A stretch of 29,471 nucleotides of DNA from Bacteroidia bacterium (GTDB lineage: Bacteria > Bacteroidota > Bacteroidia > UKL13-3), in the NCBI GenBank assembly GCA_019454865.1, contig JACFNJ010000002.1, positions 1 through 29,471 on the forward strand. Reading direction: 5' to 3'. Within the stretch, counting starts at the first letter, position 1. Each line of letters opens with the position of its first letter. This document shows, piece by piece, positions 1 through 8,347 of the stretch. Below the pieces are notes generated by a model. It was not told the DNA's origin and did no database searches. It was given only the letters and a program-made list of their open reading frames with translations. Position numbers and translations under genes: made by a program.

Positions 1-696
1 GTAAAAGAAGCAGCTTTAAATCGTCTTCAAAAACTTGCAGATGATATTAAAAGCCAATATAATGTAAACTGTACAGCGCATATTAAATCAGGAAAAATAT
101 ATAACGTGGCTGCAGATGTAGTAGAAGAATTAGGCTGTGATAGTATAATTATGGGTTCAAATGGTGCATCCGGTTTGGGACAATTAATTGGAAGCAACTC
201 ATCACGTACAATAATTTCAAGTAAAGTGCCTGTTATTGTAGTTAAATCAGGGCAAACTTCAAACGTGTATAAAAACATTGTGTTCCCTGTTGATTTAACT
301 TTAGAGTCGCGCCAAAAAATAAAATGGGCGGTTCATTTAGCTAAATCCTATAAGTCCACTATTCGTTTATTTAGTTTTAAAACAAACGATGAAATATTGG
401 ATGCTAAAATTCAAGGTGGATTGAATCAATTGGAAAATATTTTAAAAGAGAATAACATTGATTTTACTGTTCACATTAAAGAAAAACTTTCAGGGAACTT
501 TGCTGATGAAACCATAAATTATGCTGAAAGTATCAACGCTGATTTATTATTAATTATGACACAAAGCGAAGATAAAGACTTCTCAGAAATGGTTTTTGGA
601 ACATACGCACAGCAAATTGTTAATACCTCGCGTAAAGTGCCTGTAATGTGTATTAATCCGGTAAAAACAGGTATTGTAGGTAGCTGGGGACGTTAA
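1..696 (+). CDS. Universal stress protein (tandem USP domains), 5'-truncated by the window edge
   Basis: Frame 1 is open from base 1 (VKEAALNRLQKLADDIKSQYNVNCTAHIKSGKIYNVAADVV...), so the GTG at 106 in the ORF track is internal. USP motifs IIMGSNGASG...SKVPVIVV, NIVFPVD, ADLLLIMT, VPVMCI. Confidence 0.88.
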   Translation, partial: VKEAALNRLQKLADDIKSQYNVNCTAHIKSGKIYNVAADVVEELGCDSIIMGSNGASGLGQLIGSNSSRTIISSKVPVIVVKSGQTSNVYKNIVFPVDLTLESRQKIKWAVHLAKSYKSTIRLFSFKTNDEILDAKIQGGLNQLENILKENNIDFTVHIKEKLSGNFADETINYAESINADLLLIMTQSEDKDFSEMVFGTYAQQIVNTSRKVPVMCINPVKTGIVGSWGR

Positions 697-716
697 ATTA
701 AATTCTTTTTTTACAT

Positions 717-762
717 AGGAGTTTATTTAGTAGCTTATGGCTTTAAGTAAACTCCTTTTTTT
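717..762 (+). terminator. Rho-independent terminator after the usp gene
   Basis: AGGAGTTTA (717-725) pairs perfectly with TAAACTCCT (748-756); the stem extends imperfectly inward and is followed by a T7 tract. Confidence 0.75.
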
Positions 763-915
763 ATGCATTTACTAAATTTATTTTGTGTTAATTTACATGA
801 TTTAGTAACTCATGTTTGAGTTAATAGAGTTCAAATCAATATATGTTAAATGAGCATTGTGTAGTGAAATGATTGTATAAACAAAACTAAGTTCATTTTA
901 ATGTTATAATTCAAT

Positions 916-923
916 TAAGTTTG
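916..923 (+). promoter_or_regulatory. Putative Bacteroidota -7 promoter element for ettA
   Basis: TAAGTTTG matches the TAnnTTTG consensus 25 nt before the ATG. No clear -33 TTTG found. Confidence 0.5.
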
Positions 924-948
924 CAATCCTTTTTATAAAAATTTATCT

Positions 949-2631
949 ATGACAGATCATAAAATTATTTTCTCCATGGCTGGTGTAACTAAAACGTTCC
1001 CACCACAAAAAACGGTTCTTAAAAATATTTATCTTTCATTTTTTTATGGAGCAAAAATTGGTGTTTTAGGTCTTAACGGTTCCGGTAAATCCAGTTTGTT
1101 AAAAATAATAGCAGGCATTGATAAGAACTTTCAAGGCGAAGTAGTATTTGACAGTAAAAATTATAAAATAGGATATTTAGAACAAGAGCCAACATTAGAT
1201 GACAGTAAAACTGTACTTGAGATAGTAAAAGAAGGTGTTGCTGAAACTATGGCATTGTTGGATGAGTTTAATGCAGTAAATGATGCGATGGGTTTGCCAG
1301 AAAATTATGAAGATGCCGACAAGATGGAGAAGCTGATGAATCGATCAGCTGAATTGCAAGATAAAATTGATGCTGTAAATGCATGGGATATTGATACAAC
1401 CATTGAAAAAGCAATGGATGCATTACGTGTACCGGAAGGGAATACGCCAATACAAGTATTGAGCGGTGGTGAACGAAGAAGGGTAGCTCTTTGTCGGTTG
1501 ATTTTGAGTAATCCGGATATATTGTTATTGGATGAACCTACCAACCACCTGGATGCTGAATCGGTAGATTGGTTGGAGCAATTTCTTAAAAATTTCCCGG
1601 GTACTGTAATAGCAGTTACACACGATAGATATTTTTTGGATAATGTTGCAGGATGGATTTTGGAATTGGATAGAGGAGAAGGAATTCCATGGAAAGGGAA
1701 CTACAGTAGCTGGTTAGAGCAAAAAGCAAATCGGTTGAAAGCAGAGGAGAAAGCCGAAGGTAAACGAGCAAAAGCACTAGAGAGAGAATTGGATTGGGTG
1801 AGACAAGGTCCAAAAGGAAGGCAATCGAAACAAAAAGCTCGTTTAAATGCTTATGATAAATTATTAAACGAAGAAACAAAAGAAAAAGAACAACAGTTGG
1901 AGTTGTTTATTCCTCCGGGGCCGCGATTAGGCGATGTTGTAATTGAAGCGAAGAATGTAAGTAAAGCATACGGAGATAAATTATTGTATGAAAACTTAAG
2001 TTTTAATTTACCACGAGGCGGAATAGTGGGAGTAATTGGTCCAAACGGTGCAGGTAAAACAACATTATTTCGGATGATGATGGGATTGGAATCACAAGAT
2101 TCCGGTGATTTTAAAGTGGGCGAAACCGTTAAAATTGCCTATGTGGATCAAAGCCATAAAGATTTACTACCGGACAAAAGCATATTTGAAGTGATAAGCG
2201 GAGGCACAGAAACCATGATTGTAGGTGGAAAGCAAGTAAATGCAAGAGCATATATTAGTAAATTTAATTTTAGTGGAAACGACCAAAGTAAAAAAGTAGG
2301 AGTGTTAAGTGGAGGAGAACGCAACCGTGTACATTTGGCAATGACATTGAAAGAAGGTGGAAATGTTTTGTTATTGGATGAGCCTACAAATGATATTGAT
2401 GTAAATACCTTGCGTGCTTTGGAGGAAGCAATTGAAAACTTTGCAGGTTGTGTGGTTGTTATTTCCCACGATCGTTGGTTTATTGACCGTATTGCAACAC
2501 ATATTCTTTCGTTTGAAGGAGACTCACAGGTTGTGTGGTTTGAGGGTAATTATTCCGATTACGAGGAAAATAAAAGACAACGGTTAGGTAATATTCAACC
2601 TACTCGGGTTAGGTATAAAAAAATTATATAA
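949..2631 (+). CDS. ettA: Energy-dependent translational throttle protein EttA (ABC-F ATPase)
   Basis: Two ABC cassettes (GLNGSGKS, LSGGERRR, LLLDEPTNHLD; GPNGAGKT, LSGGERNR, LLLDEPTND), no TM segments, 560 aa, EttA-typical N-terminus (KNIYLSFFYGAKIGVLG) and linker (WVRQGPKGRQSKQKARL). Confidence 0.93.
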   Translation: MTDHKIIFSMAGVTKTFPPQKTVLKNIYLSFFYGAKIGVLGLNGSGKSSLLKIIAGIDKNFQGEVVFDSKNYKIGYLEQEPTLDDSKTVLEIVKEGVAETMALLDEFNAVNDAMGLPENYEDADKMEKLMNRSAELQDKIDAVNAWDIDTTIEKAMDALRVPEGNTPIQVLSGGERRRVALCRLILSNPDILLLDEPTNHLDAESVDWLEQFLKNFPGTVIAVTHDRYFLDNVAGWILELDRGEGIPWKGNYSSWLEQKANRLKAEEKAEGKRAKALERELDWVRQGPKGRQSKQKARLNAYDKLLNEETKEKEQQLELFIPPGPRLGDVVIEAKNVSKAYGDKLLYENLSFNLPRGGIVGVIGPNGAGKTTLFRMMMGLESQDSGDFKVGETVKIAYVDQSHKDLLPDKSIFEVISGGTETMIVGGKQVNARAYISKFNFSGNDQSKKVGVLSGGERNRVHLAMTLKEGGNVLLLDEPTNDIDVNTLRALEEAIENFAGCVVVISHDRWFIDRIATHILSFEGDSQVVWFEGNYSDYEENKRQRLGNIQPTRVRYKKII

Positions 2632-2653
2632 AATTTTAAGTACTATAACTTTT

Positions 2654-3232
2654 TTAATTCCAAGTGTAATCGTTTGGTGAGTTTGCCATGTATGCAAAAT
2701 CATCACCCAATAATTTTACCGTTTCTTTCCATATTGTATTTGTATTAGCAGCAAATACAATTGCTTTATTTCCGGGTATCATCCACCAGGCTTTTTGCTC
2801 AATTTCATTTTCTAGCTGGCCACCATCCCATCCACTATATCCAAGAAAAAACTTGAAATCATTGGGATTTAAATTGCCATTCTCAATGGATGTATTCACG
2901 TCATCCAAATTTCCGCCCCAGTAAACACCTGGAATTATCTCTATACTATTTCGGATATGTGCATTACCTTTATATATAAAATGAAGTGTATCGTGTTCCA
3001 TTGGGCCGCCAATGTATAGCGAAAAATTAAAGCTAAGCACACCAGGTAATGCATCATTTGTAGTTAAGTCTGTCGGTTTATTTAGTATAAAACCTATACT
3101 TCCGGTATTTGCTACTTCAGACAGAAACACTACTGATCGTGAAAAATTTTCATCATCCAAAAAAGGTTCACTAATCAATAAATTGCCTTTACCAATTTTA
3201 GTAAACTGTGATTTTACTTCGCGTATTTTCAA
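2654..3232 (-). CDS. YqgE/AlgH (DUF179) family protein
   Basis: LLISEPFLDDENFSRSVVFL, GFILNKP, LYIGGP, FFLGYSGWDGGQLENEI motifs. Confidence 0.9.
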   Translation of the reverse strand: MKIREVKSQFTKIGKGNLLISEPFLDDENFSRSVVFLSEVANTGSIGFILNKPTDLTTNDALPGVLSFNFSLYIGGPMEHDTLHFIYKGNAHIRNSIEIIPGVYWGGNLDDVNTSIENGNLNPNDFKFFLGYSGWDGGQLENEIEQKAWWMIPGNKAIVFAANTNTIWKETVKLLGDDFAYMANSPNDYTWN

Positions 3233-3283
3233 TTTTTATTACAATTAGGTTTATATAATTAATTAAAACAGTTATTTAGTTTA

Positions 3284-3291
3284 TACATTTG
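3284..3291 (+). promoter_or_regulatory. Putative Bacteroidota -7 promoter element for pdxH
   Basis: TACATTTG matches TAnnTTTG in the algH/pdxH divergent spacer. Confidence 0.5.
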
Positions 3292-3359
3292 CAATCGAAA
3301 GATGGTATAAAATTTTTACTTTACATAATTTTTAAGATTTTTTTAAAAGCACCTTGTTT

Positions 3360-4013
3360 ATGAGTGAATTAACAAATAAAGACATTGCAGCTTTGCGTGT
3401 TGATTACGGTTCCAAATCATTTAATGAAAACGAAATAAATGCTAATCCTTTTGAGCAATTTAAGATATGGTTTGAAGAAGCTGTAAGTGCGCAAATAAAT
3501 GAGCCCAATGCAATGGTTTTATCTACTGTTAAAGCTGATAATTCACCAAGTGCACGGGTAGTACTTTTAAAGGGAATAACTAAAGATGGGTTTACATTTT
3601 TTACTAATTATAAAAGTAATAAAGGAAACCAAATTAGCAAAAACAATAAAGTTGCATTAACGTTTAATTGGCTAGAGTTACATCGCCAGGTACGAATAGA
3701 AGGTGAAGTTGAACAATTATCAGCCGAGGAAAATGATCATTATTTTTATATTCGACCAATCGGTAATCAAATTGGGGCAATAGCATCGCCACAAAGTCAA
3801 ATTATTACTAATAGAGATGCATTAGAAAAACTTTTTATAGCTGCTGAAAAGCAATTTGAAAATAAAAATCCAATAAGGCCTGAACATTGGGGCGGGTATG
3901 TGGTAAAACCTTCATTAATTGAATTTTGGCAAGGTAGAAGTAATCGCCTGCACGATAGAATAGAGTTTGTAAAAAGCAACTCACTATGGAAATTCCACCG
4001 TTTGGCACCTTAA
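3360..4013 (+). CDS. pdxH: Pyridoxamine 5'-phosphate oxidase
   Basis: LRVDY, NPFEQFKIWFEEA, EPNAMVLST, SARVVLLKG, FFTNYKSNKG, RQVRIEG, WGGY, IEFWQGRSNRLHDR, RLAP. ATG at 3360 preferred over TTG at 3354. Confidence 0.95.
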   Translation: MSELTNKDIAALRVDYGSKSFNENEINANPFEQFKIWFEEAVSAQINEPNAMVLSTVKADNSPSARVVLLKGITKDGFTFFTNYKSNKGNQISKNNKVALTFNWLELHRQVRIEGEVEQLSAEENDHYFYIRPIGNQIGAIASPQSQIITNRDALEKLFIAAEKQFENKNPIRPEHWGGYVVKPSLIEFWQGRSNRLHDRIEFVKSNSLWKFHRLAP

Positions 4014-4089
4014 TTCTGTTTTAATTGATTTTTCTTCTTATTTTCGTCCAATTAAAACAATAACCATAGTCCCCAATCGTTATTAACGC

Positions 4090-5208
4090 ATGCAAAATAT
4101 TATTTTGTCATTTTTAACTTCGTTACTGATTGTAATATTTGGAATACCATCTATTATTACGGTAGCTAAGTTAAAAGGGTTGTATGATAAGCCGGATTTT
4201 AGAAAGATACATACAAACAAAATTCCTCGATTAGGTGGTTTAGCTATTATTGCAGGTTTTTCGATAGCTGTTAGTTTATGGGGAGTATCCGTAGGTATGG
4301 ATACCCGATTACAATATTTACAGGCAGCGGTTATAATTTTATTTTTTTCCGGTTTAAAGGACGACATTGTTATCCTTTCTCCTATGAAAAAATTGGGTAC
4401 ACAGATAGTTGTTACCTTAATTACTGTATTTGGCGAAGGCATATTGTTAAATAATTTTCACGGCTTGTTAGGCATTCATGCAATACCTGATTGGTTTGCT
4501 TATGCTTTAACGGTGTTTACAATTATAGTAATTACCAATTCATTTAATTTAATTGATGGGGTTGATGGGCTTGCAGGAGGCGTAGGTTTTATAATCTCAG
4601 TAACTTTTGGATTATGGTTTAATCATATTGAACAGATAGGTTGGAGTGTAATGGCATTTGGACTTGCTGGTGCATTATTAGGTTTTTTGGTGTTTAATTT
4701 TAATCCGGCTAAAATTTTTATGGGTGATTCCGGTTCCTTGTGTACCGGTTTTTTGCTTTCTGTATTTGCAATTAAATTTATACAGTTTAATGGACCGGAA
4801 GCTGTAAGTGCTTTTAAAATTTCTGCATCACCGGCAATTGCAATAGCAATTTTAATAATCCCATTGTTTGATACACTTCGTGTATTTATTCTACGTGTAC
4901 TTAACAAAAAATCGCCATTTGCAGCAGATAAAAATCACATCCATCATTACTTACTGCGTATAGGATTAAGCCACAGAGAAGTTTCATTAATTATGTATAG
5001 TGTAAATATTTCATTTGTTGCATTAGCATATTTATTACAAGATAGTTCAACCAATATGATTATGCTAATTGTTGGCGGATTGGCATGGATATTATCTCAG
5101 GTTCCGGTGTATATGTTTAATCATAAGCTACAAGATTTGGAAGTAGAAAACGAAGATTTGATACCGGATGATCTATTGAAACAGAAAAAACATTTTCACG
5201 AGAACTAG
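4090..5208 (+). CDS. Undecaprenyl-phosphate GlcNAc-1-phosphate transferase (WecA/TagO, MraY-like glycosyltransferase family 4)
   Basis: RKIHTNKIPRLGGLAI, GLKDD, NSFNLIDGVDGLA, FNFNPAKIFMGDSGS, PLFDTLRV, DKNHIHH; many TM helices. Confidence 0.9.
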   Translation: MQNIILSFLTSLLIVIFGIPSIITVAKLKGLYDKPDFRKIHTNKIPRLGGLAIIAGFSIAVSLWGVSVGMDTRLQYLQAAVIILFFSGLKDDIVILSPMKKLGTQIVVTLITVFGEGILLNNFHGLLGIHAIPDWFAYALTVFTIIVITNSFNLIDGVDGLAGGVGFIISVTFGLWFNHIEQIGWSVMAFGLAGALLGFLVFNFNPAKIFMGDSGSLCTGFLLSVFAIKFIQFNGPEAVSAFKISASPAIAIAILIIPLFDTLRVFILRVLNKKSPFAADKNHIHHYLLRIGLSHREVSLIMYSVNISFVALAYLLQDSSTNMIMLIVGGLAWILSQVPVYMFNHKLQDLEVENEDLIPDDLLKQKKHFHEN

Positions 5209-5786
5209 TTTATCTTTTCTTTTAAAAAACCGATCATTTTTGAGAATGCCTTACCACGGTGGCTTATTTTATTTTTGGTAGTTAAATCCATTTGAGCAAG
5301 TGTAATATCATATCCATCCGGAAGAAAAACAGGGTCGTACCCAAATCCGTTTGTTCCAATTTTTTCTTTGATAATTTTCCCTTTAAGCTCTCCTTCAAAT
5401 ACAAACATCTCGTCATTCCAAAATAGGCAAATGGAAGTTACAAACTTAGCGGTTCTATCCTGTTTGTCTTCAAGGTTTATTAATAGCTTTTGCATATTAT
5501 TATCATCGGTTGCATTTGGTCCGGCATATCTTGCACTAAATACTCCGGGTGCACCATTTAGTGCATTTACAATTAGTCCGGTATCATCAGCAAAACAATT
5601 GTATCCGGTTTTGTTGTTTACATACCTTGCTTTAATAAGTGCATTTGCTTGAAGTGTGCTGCCAGTTTCGGGTATATCTTCGGTTAAATTTATATCATTT
5701 AATGTCAGTATCTCAATTGTAGAGTCTAACATCTTTTGAATTTCTTTAGCTTTGTTTATATTGTTTGTTTCAAAAAATAATCGCAT
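5205..5786 (-). CDS. rdgB: Non-canonical purine NTP pyrophosphatase (RdgB/HAM1)
   Basis: ETGSTLQANALIKA, FADDTGL, GAPGVFSARYAG, GFGYDPVF, KNKISHRGKA. Confidence 0.94.
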   Translation of the reverse strand: MRLFFETNNINKAKEIQKMLDSTIEILTLNDINLTEDIPETGSTLQANALIKARYVNNKTGYNCFADDTGLIVNALNGAPGVFSARYAGPNATDDNNMQKLLINLEDKQDRTAKFVTSICLFWNDEMFVFEGELKGKIIKEKIGTNGFGYDPVFLPDGYDITLAQMDLTTKNKISHRGKAFSKMIGFLKEKIN

Positions 5787-5951
5787 AAAATAAGGTAAAT
5801 AAAGGATTAAAAAATGGATAATTAAAGTAAGACTTGAGTTGAACTTTTGTGTTCTGTGAGTATTAAAATGATTGTATTAATAAAGTTTGTCGCTTTGAAA
5901 CTTTGTTAAAAATGGTATGGTTTGCAAATGTGTTTGAAACTGTTGTTGCAT

Positions 5952-6617
5952 TCAGTCAATGTTTTTTACTTCTATAAGTTTTCGTTCAAAAAAATTCAAT
6001 GCAAATAAACTTCCATATCCTTCTTTGTGCTTAAATACGCAGCCCCCGTCTAAATTGATAGGGCTTTGAAAGGGTTGCGTAATGATAAAATTCCTTGGTT
6101 TTGGTGTGTGTCCGTGTATTAAGAGTTTTCCATTCAAATAATTATTTTCAATAGGAAAGTTCCTTATCCATAAAAGCGCATCTTTATCTTTCAAAGGGTC
6201 AGCAGCAGAAAAGTTTAAGCCGGCATGAACCAGTATAAAATATTTTGTTTGAATAAAATATTTTGTTCGCTTGAAGAAGTCTAAATATTTCTTGTCTAAC
6301 TCATAAATAGAACCTACTCCAAAACTCATGAATGTCTTATCGCCACCGTTGCATAGCCAATGTTCTTTTCCTGCTTCGTCAATTTCCGATTCTAACAAAA
6401 GTTGTTCATGATTCCCTCTAAGAGTATGAATTTTATATCCCTCGTTTCTAAGTTGAATTATAAAATCAATAACACCTTTGCTGTCGGGTCCTCTGTCAAT
6501 ATAGTCGCCAAGACAATAAATTTTATCAGTTTTCCGGATAGCTATCTTTTCTATCAGCAATTTTTTAAATGTCTTGCTGCATCCATGAATATCGCCTATG
6601 ATAAAGATTCTCGGCAT
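5952..6617 (-). CDS. PPP-family (PphA / lambda-phosphatase-like) metallophosphoesterase, probable Ser/Thr protein phosphatase
   Basis: GDIHG, LGDYIDRGPDS, LRGNHE, VHAG, IHGHTP and a degenerate LDGGC motif. ATG overlaps the kinase TAA (TAATG at 6619-6615). Confidence 0.85.
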   Translation of the reverse strand: MPRIFIIGDIHGCSKTFKKLLIEKIAIRKTDKIYCLGDYIDRGPDSKGVIDFIIQLRNEGYKIHTLRGNHEQLLLESEIDEAGKEHWLCNGGDKTFMSFGVGSIYELDKKYLDFFKRTKYFIQTKYFILVHAGLNFSAADPLKDKDALLWIRNFPIENNYLNGKLLIHGHTPKPRNFIITQPFQSPINLDGGCVFKHKEGYGSLFALNFFERKLIEVKNID

Positions 6618-8344
6618 TAAAACAGTTTGGTTTTATCATTTGTAAACTCATATTCAACATTGCCAATACCAACCGTATTTCTGCCAATCAACGGAGCTTT
6701 AAGATTTATTATTTTATCATTCAGGTAAGTTCCTGTACTGTTCAGGTCGTAAATCCAAATATCGTCTTTGTAATTTACGATTACACAATGTCTTCGGCTT
6801 ACTTCTGTACCACCGGGAACTTTCACATCATTTACATCATAATTTTCTCTTCCGAATTTGATGATGGGTTTGTTGGTTTCTGCTTCTTTAAAGTTTGCGG
6901 TGTTGCCGTTGGTGCAATACAAAGTTGATGGACTGTACTTGTTGAAGCGATAATCCATGAACAATAATTTTGATTTAAGCGTTGGCTCCTTTTTGTAATT
7001 GTGCGATGGTTGTGTTTCTAATAGTACGCCATAGTTGTAATTCAGAAAATGATTATCTGATTTATCAGCCTTTAAAACGGTATGCGGAAAAACCATTTGT
7101 CCCATGTTTTGCATTACACAACAGATGTAGTAATTATTTGCAAAGCATGGATTGTTTGGCTCAACTTCTAAAAGTATTCTTGCTAAATCCATTGCAGGCT
7201 CGTAGCGGTTGGTTTCGTAATAGCATTGCAGCAATAAATTATAGGCTTCATAGTCTGACGGATTGCGGTGCAAATGGTCGGATAACAAGGAAATTGCCGT
7301 AGGATAGTTTTGCAGTTCAAGATTTATCCATCCTAATTCTTTTTGTACGTCTAAGCGGGGGTTCCATTTCAGTGCTTTTTCGTAGTATGATTTTGCCTGT
7401 TCAATCTGCTGTGCCATCAGGTGATATTTGCCTTTTTGCAGCAAAATATTCACGCTGGGTTTTAAGTTGGTTTCGGCATACTCTAATAGTGAGAACGCTC
7501 TGTTCCATTTTTTGCGTTGTAATAATCGTTCGGCCTGCTCAGCCAAATCGCCTGCCTGAATTACCTCTTTATCAAACAGAATAGGAACTGATTGTGCCTG
7601 TATTGCCTCATGAAAATCTTTCATGCTCTGAAACCTTTGTTCAGGGATTTTGGCAATAGCTTTTAAAATAATTTCCTGCTGCCAGTTGGGTAGGGGTGTA
7701 ATTCCAAATTCTTTCCGGTCATGCAGTTCAATTATTTCTTCTGTTGATTTTCCATTAAATGGATTCTGGCCTGTACACATTTCTAAAAGTGTTACACCCA
7801 AAGCATATACGTCCACTCTTGGATCTTTTTCGGTATGGGTTTCCCAACTTAATGCTTCAGGACTCATGTAAGGTCTTGTGCCGCCTCCGGTATTGGCAAT
7901 GCCAAAGTCGGTTATTTTGATGGTGCGGTCTTCTGTAAAAAGAATATTGTCCGGCTTAATATCGTGGTGTACAATGCCTTTTTCATGAACCAACTGAAGG
8001 GTTTCGGTTAATTGGCTCATCCATTTCCAAATGAGAGTGGAAGCAGGGTTTTCGTTTCGCAGCAATTCGCGCAAGCTGCCCAATGTGCAATATTCCATTA
8101 CAATGTAGAGCAAATCATTCTGAACAAAATGATGCTTGTATAGCACAATATGCGGATGATTGAACTTTGATACCATCTGCATTTCGTAAATAATATCATC
8201 CTGCCTTGTCTTATCTTCGTTTTTTAACTGCTTGATGGCAACCAGATTTTCAGAGCGTTCCTCCTTTGCCAAAAACACTTTGCCAAAACCTCCATTGCCC
8301 AGGTCTTTTACATAGCGGTATTTATTATCAAAGAGTAGCTCCAT
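6617..8344 (-). CDS. Hanks-type Ser/Thr protein kinase with central TPR repeats and C-terminal FHA domain
   Basis: LGNGGFGKV, VAIK (K38), HHDIKPDNIL, TDFGIA, YMSPE, DVYALG. TPR-like helices (KGKYHLMAQQIEQAKSYYEKAL; AYNLLLQCYYETNRYEPAMDLAR). FHA motifs FGR, VSRRHCVI, DLNSTGTYLN. Confidence 0.9.
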   Translation of the reverse strand: MELLFDNKYRYVKDLGNGGFGKVFLAKEERSENLVAIKQLKNEDKTRQDDIIYEMQMVSKFNHPHIVLYKHHFVQNDLLYIVMEYCTLGSLRELLRNENPASTLIWKWMSQLTETLQLVHEKGIVHHDIKPDNILFTEDRTIKITDFGIANTGGGTRPYMSPEALSWETHTEKDPRVDVYALGVTLLEMCTGQNPFNGKSTEEIIELHDRKEFGITPLPNWQQEIILKAIAKIPEQRFQSMKDFHEAIQAQSVPILFDKEVIQAGDLAEQAERLLQRKKWNRAFSLLEYAETNLKPSVNILLQKGKYHLMAQQIEQAKSYYEKALKWNPRLDVQKELGWINLELQNYPTAISLLSDHLHRNPSDYEAYNLLLQCYYETNRYEPAMDLARILLEVEPNNPCFANNYYICCVMQNMGQMVFPHTVLKADKSDNHFLNYNYGVLLETQPSHNYKKEPTLKSKLLFMDYRFNKYSPSTLYCTNGNTANFKEAETNKPIIKFGRENYDVNDVKVPGGTEVSRRHCVIVNYKDDIWIYDLNSTGTYLNDKIINLKAPLIGRNTVGIGNVEYEFTNDKTKLF

Positions 8345-8347
8345 TGC

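Noticed and set aside
4090-5208. wecA-like gene as the sign of a polysaccharide biosynthesis cluster
   Set aside because: Stands alone among housekeeping genes; no glycosyltransferases, flippase or polymerase nearby.
5882-5904. AAAGTTT-N9-AAACTTT inverted repeat downstream of the phosphatase as a terminator or att site
   Set aside because: AT-rich 7-bp stem with no U-tract on the minus strand and no matching copy at the right island edge.
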